A stretch of DNA of 39,769 bases from Elusimicrobiota bacterium. GTDB taxonomy: Bacteria; CG03; SLGR01; JBDRKX01. A model generated the notes under the pieces. The model had not been told where the DNA came from. It did no database searches and saw only the letters and a program-made list of their open reading frames with translations. Made by a program: the position numbers and the translations under genes. Positions 37,929 through 39,769 of the stretch are shown piece after piece (the stretch's first letter is position 1; each line of letters begins with the position of its first letter). The stretch lies in assembly GCA_043813605.1 (NCBI GenBank), contig JBDRKX010000112.1, positions 1 through 39,769 on the forward strand. The letters are read 5' to 3'.

Positions 37929-39134
37929 CTACCTCCTGTTTTTTCTGCCGGCTTCACCGGCTTTGGTTATTGCTATTTTTGCTGTCAATGGCCCGATCAA
38001 TTCAAAAATGATCGTTGTGGCGGCTATAGTATTGATCGCCAGTTTCGCAAGATGTTCGCCTTCAGGACCCATAGAAGAGAAGTTCCTGCCGACAAGCAGG
38101 GCGAGGCCGACTGCAACACCGGCCTGGGAAAGAATGGCCATTCCCAGATATTTCTTTACATTTCCTGAAGCTCCTGACAAAATAGAGCCTGCGTATGCGC
38201 CGCTCAGTTTTCCTATTATCCTGCACACTATATATGTCAGGCCGATCATGCCCATAGTAGGCAAGAGCCCTATCTGAAGATGTGCGCCTGCAAGAACAAA
38301 AAATATTATATATATAGTAGGTGCTACTTTATTGATAGATTCAACAGCCTTTCTTGAAGTCATCAGGAATATATTTGTCATGGTGAGCCCCATAAAAAGG
38401 TTTGAAAGTATGACAGAGATATTACAGATATTGGCTATGCCGGTGCAGACCGTGATCGCGCCAATGGTTATTTTGAACATATCGTCTCTGTTCTTCAGTC
38501 TGCGCATGATATATATGATAATTATGCCCAAAGCTGTTCCGAGCAGGATGGCCTCGGAGCTCTTCAGGACAGGCTCGAGAAAACAGTTACTGAAAGAGAA
38601 ACTGCCGGTATGGGAGAGGATGACTTTGGCTATCCCGGCCGCAAAACCGAAAATTACGATTGCCAGTGCATCATCCAGGCCTACTACTGCAAGGATCGTG
38701 TCAGTGAGAGGTCCGCGGGCCCTGTATTCGCGCAGGACCACCCAGGTTCCTGCCGGAGCGCTTGCAACGGCAAGTGACCCGAATATGAGCGAAAGCGCAA
38801 GTTCGCCGGTTAAAAGATATATGCCGATAAAGACAAGCAAAAAAGCAGCCAGGGATTCTGCAAGAATAATAGTGAGAATGCCGGAACCCATCTTTTTCAG
38901 TACGCTTACCTTGAGTTCGTTTCCAATATTGAAAGCTACTATGCCGAGAGCAAGATCGCTGATTATCCCCAGCCTGTGGGTTATATCAAGGGGGAACACG
39001 TTTAAGAATGAAGGGCCGAGCAATATGCCGGCTATAAGATATCCTACAACAGCCGGGAATTTAAGTCTGTTAAATACGCGGCCGGTATAAAAACCTGCAA
39101 AAATGGAGATACCGATAAGGAGCAGAATATCCAT
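37929..39134 (-). CDS. Cation:proton antiporter (Na+/K+:H+ exchanger, CPA2-like)
   Basis: About 12 TM segments; PAVVGYLIAGILLGPS; ASAPAGT; VGLDDA; FFVLAGAHL; SQAGVAVGL. Confidence 0.92.
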   Translation of the reverse strand: MDILLLIGISIFAGFYTGRVFNRLKFPAVVGYLIAGILLGPSFLNVFPLDITHRLGIISDLALGIVAFNIGNELKVSVLKKMGSGILTIILAESLAAFLLVFIGIYLLTGELALSLIFGSLAVASAPAGTWVVLREYRARGPLTDTILAVVGLDDALAIVIFGFAAGIAKVILSHTGSFSFSNCFLEPVLKSSEAILLGTALGIIIIYIMRRLKNRDDMFKITIGAITVCTGIANICNISVILSNLFMGLTMTNIFLMTSRKAVESINKVAPTIYIIFFVLAGAHLQIGLLPTMGMIGLTYIVCRIIGKLSGAYAGSILSGASGNVKKYLGMAILSQAGVAVGLALLVGRNFSSMGPEGEHLAKLAINTIAATTIIFELIGPLTAKIAITKAGEAGRKNRR

Positions 39135-39141
39135 TCAGGGA

Positions 39142-39600
39142 TTAATCTTCGGCGCGTTTGAAAATATTTATGATCTCCGAGGGACTGCCGGCGGCTATAA
39201 GGCTTTCGATAAAACTATCTTTTTTCAAAAGTCTGGTCAGATGCGCAAGTATCTGCAGGTAATGCTGGATGCCTTCAGATTCAGGAGTGCCCATCATGAA
39301 GAACAGTTTGACCGGCATTCCGTCCGATGCATTGAAATCTATGCCGTTTTTTTTTCTGCCGAATGATATGATAAAACTGTTGACATTTTCAGAACGCGCA
39401 TGGGGAAGCGCCACACCTTTACCTATAGCGGTTGAAGACATGTTTTCACGTTCAAAAACGTCTTTAATAAACGCGCTATGGTCAATGATATCTGAAGAAC
39501 CGCGCATAAAATTACCAAGCTCTTTTATAGCATCTTCTTTGTTCTGCGATTCCAGATCAAGTCTTATATTTTTTTCCTTCAGATAGTCATAAATCTTCAT
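39142..39600 (-). CDS. PTS EIIA component (fructose/mannitol/Ntr type)
   Basis: VFERENMSSTAIGKGVALPHARS (phospho-His); GIDF...DGMPVKLFF; SD AGGAGG upstream. Confidence 0.92.
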   Translation of the reverse strand: MKIYDYLKEKNIRLDLESQNKEDAIKELGNFMRGSSDIIDHSAFIKDVFERENMSSTAIGKGVALPHARSENVNSFIISFGRKKNGIDFNASDGMPVKLFFMMGTPESEGIQHYLQILAHLTRLLKKDSFIESLIAAGSPSEIINIFKRAED

Positions 39601-39769
39601 CCTGAGCCTCCTGTAATGCAGTTTGATTATTGTCTTGTTGGAAACCTTATGTCCTTTTACACCTGTATTCCCGAAAACATATTTATTGTTGCGGGGGTAT
39701 ATAATAAAATATAGCAGATTTTTGACATTTAATCCATATCCGGCGGGATTTTCTTAAAAAGTGAGAAAA

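Noticed and set aside
37963..39586. Plus-strand ORFs of 104, 252, 87 and 105 aa
   Set aside because: Antisense to the well-supported antiporter and EIIA genes.
39601..39769. Ion-sensing or c-di-AMP riboswitch upstream of the antiporter operon
   Set aside because: No conserved riboswitch motif or convincing stem pattern was recognised by eye; an Rfam/Infernal scan would be needed to exclude it.

Overview
A 39.8-kb chromosomal segment from a diderm bacterium. It uses TTGACA/TATAAT-type promoters and Shine-Dalgarno sites, so it is not Bacteroidota-like; the gene order is reminiscent of Elusimicrobia/PVC-type lineages, which is an inference only. The left end is a structured array of inverted heptamer repeats abutting lptG-lptF (minus strand). 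A long plus-strand run follows: RAYT-type HUH tyrosine transposase, 1699-aa SprA/Sov-like outer-membrane protein, comF, lysS, lolC/E, lolD, ilvE, mcsA, mcsB, clpC and a TamB-like gene. Next is a ~14-kb block bracketed by two DksA/TraR paralogues that share an identical 18-bp promoter segment. It holds a REC-XRE regulator, a multi-PAS/GAF histidine kinase, a dual-receiver protein, a head-to-head pair of paralogous SLH-like coiled-coil proteins, a REC-metallo-beta-lactamase fusion, a PII-like protein with an unknown membrane protein, an alpha/beta hydrolase and dtxR-feoA-feoB with an operator palindrome. The right end is a minus-strand operon of PTS EIIA, cation:proton antiporter and PII-like protein. 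No rRNA, tRNA or CRISPR array was recognised. The best candidates for something new are the heptamer hairpin mosaic (possibly linked to the RAYT), the translationally coupled RAYT-SprA-like-ComF operon, and the anchor-less SLH coiled-coil pair. All family calls are by motif recognition, not database search.
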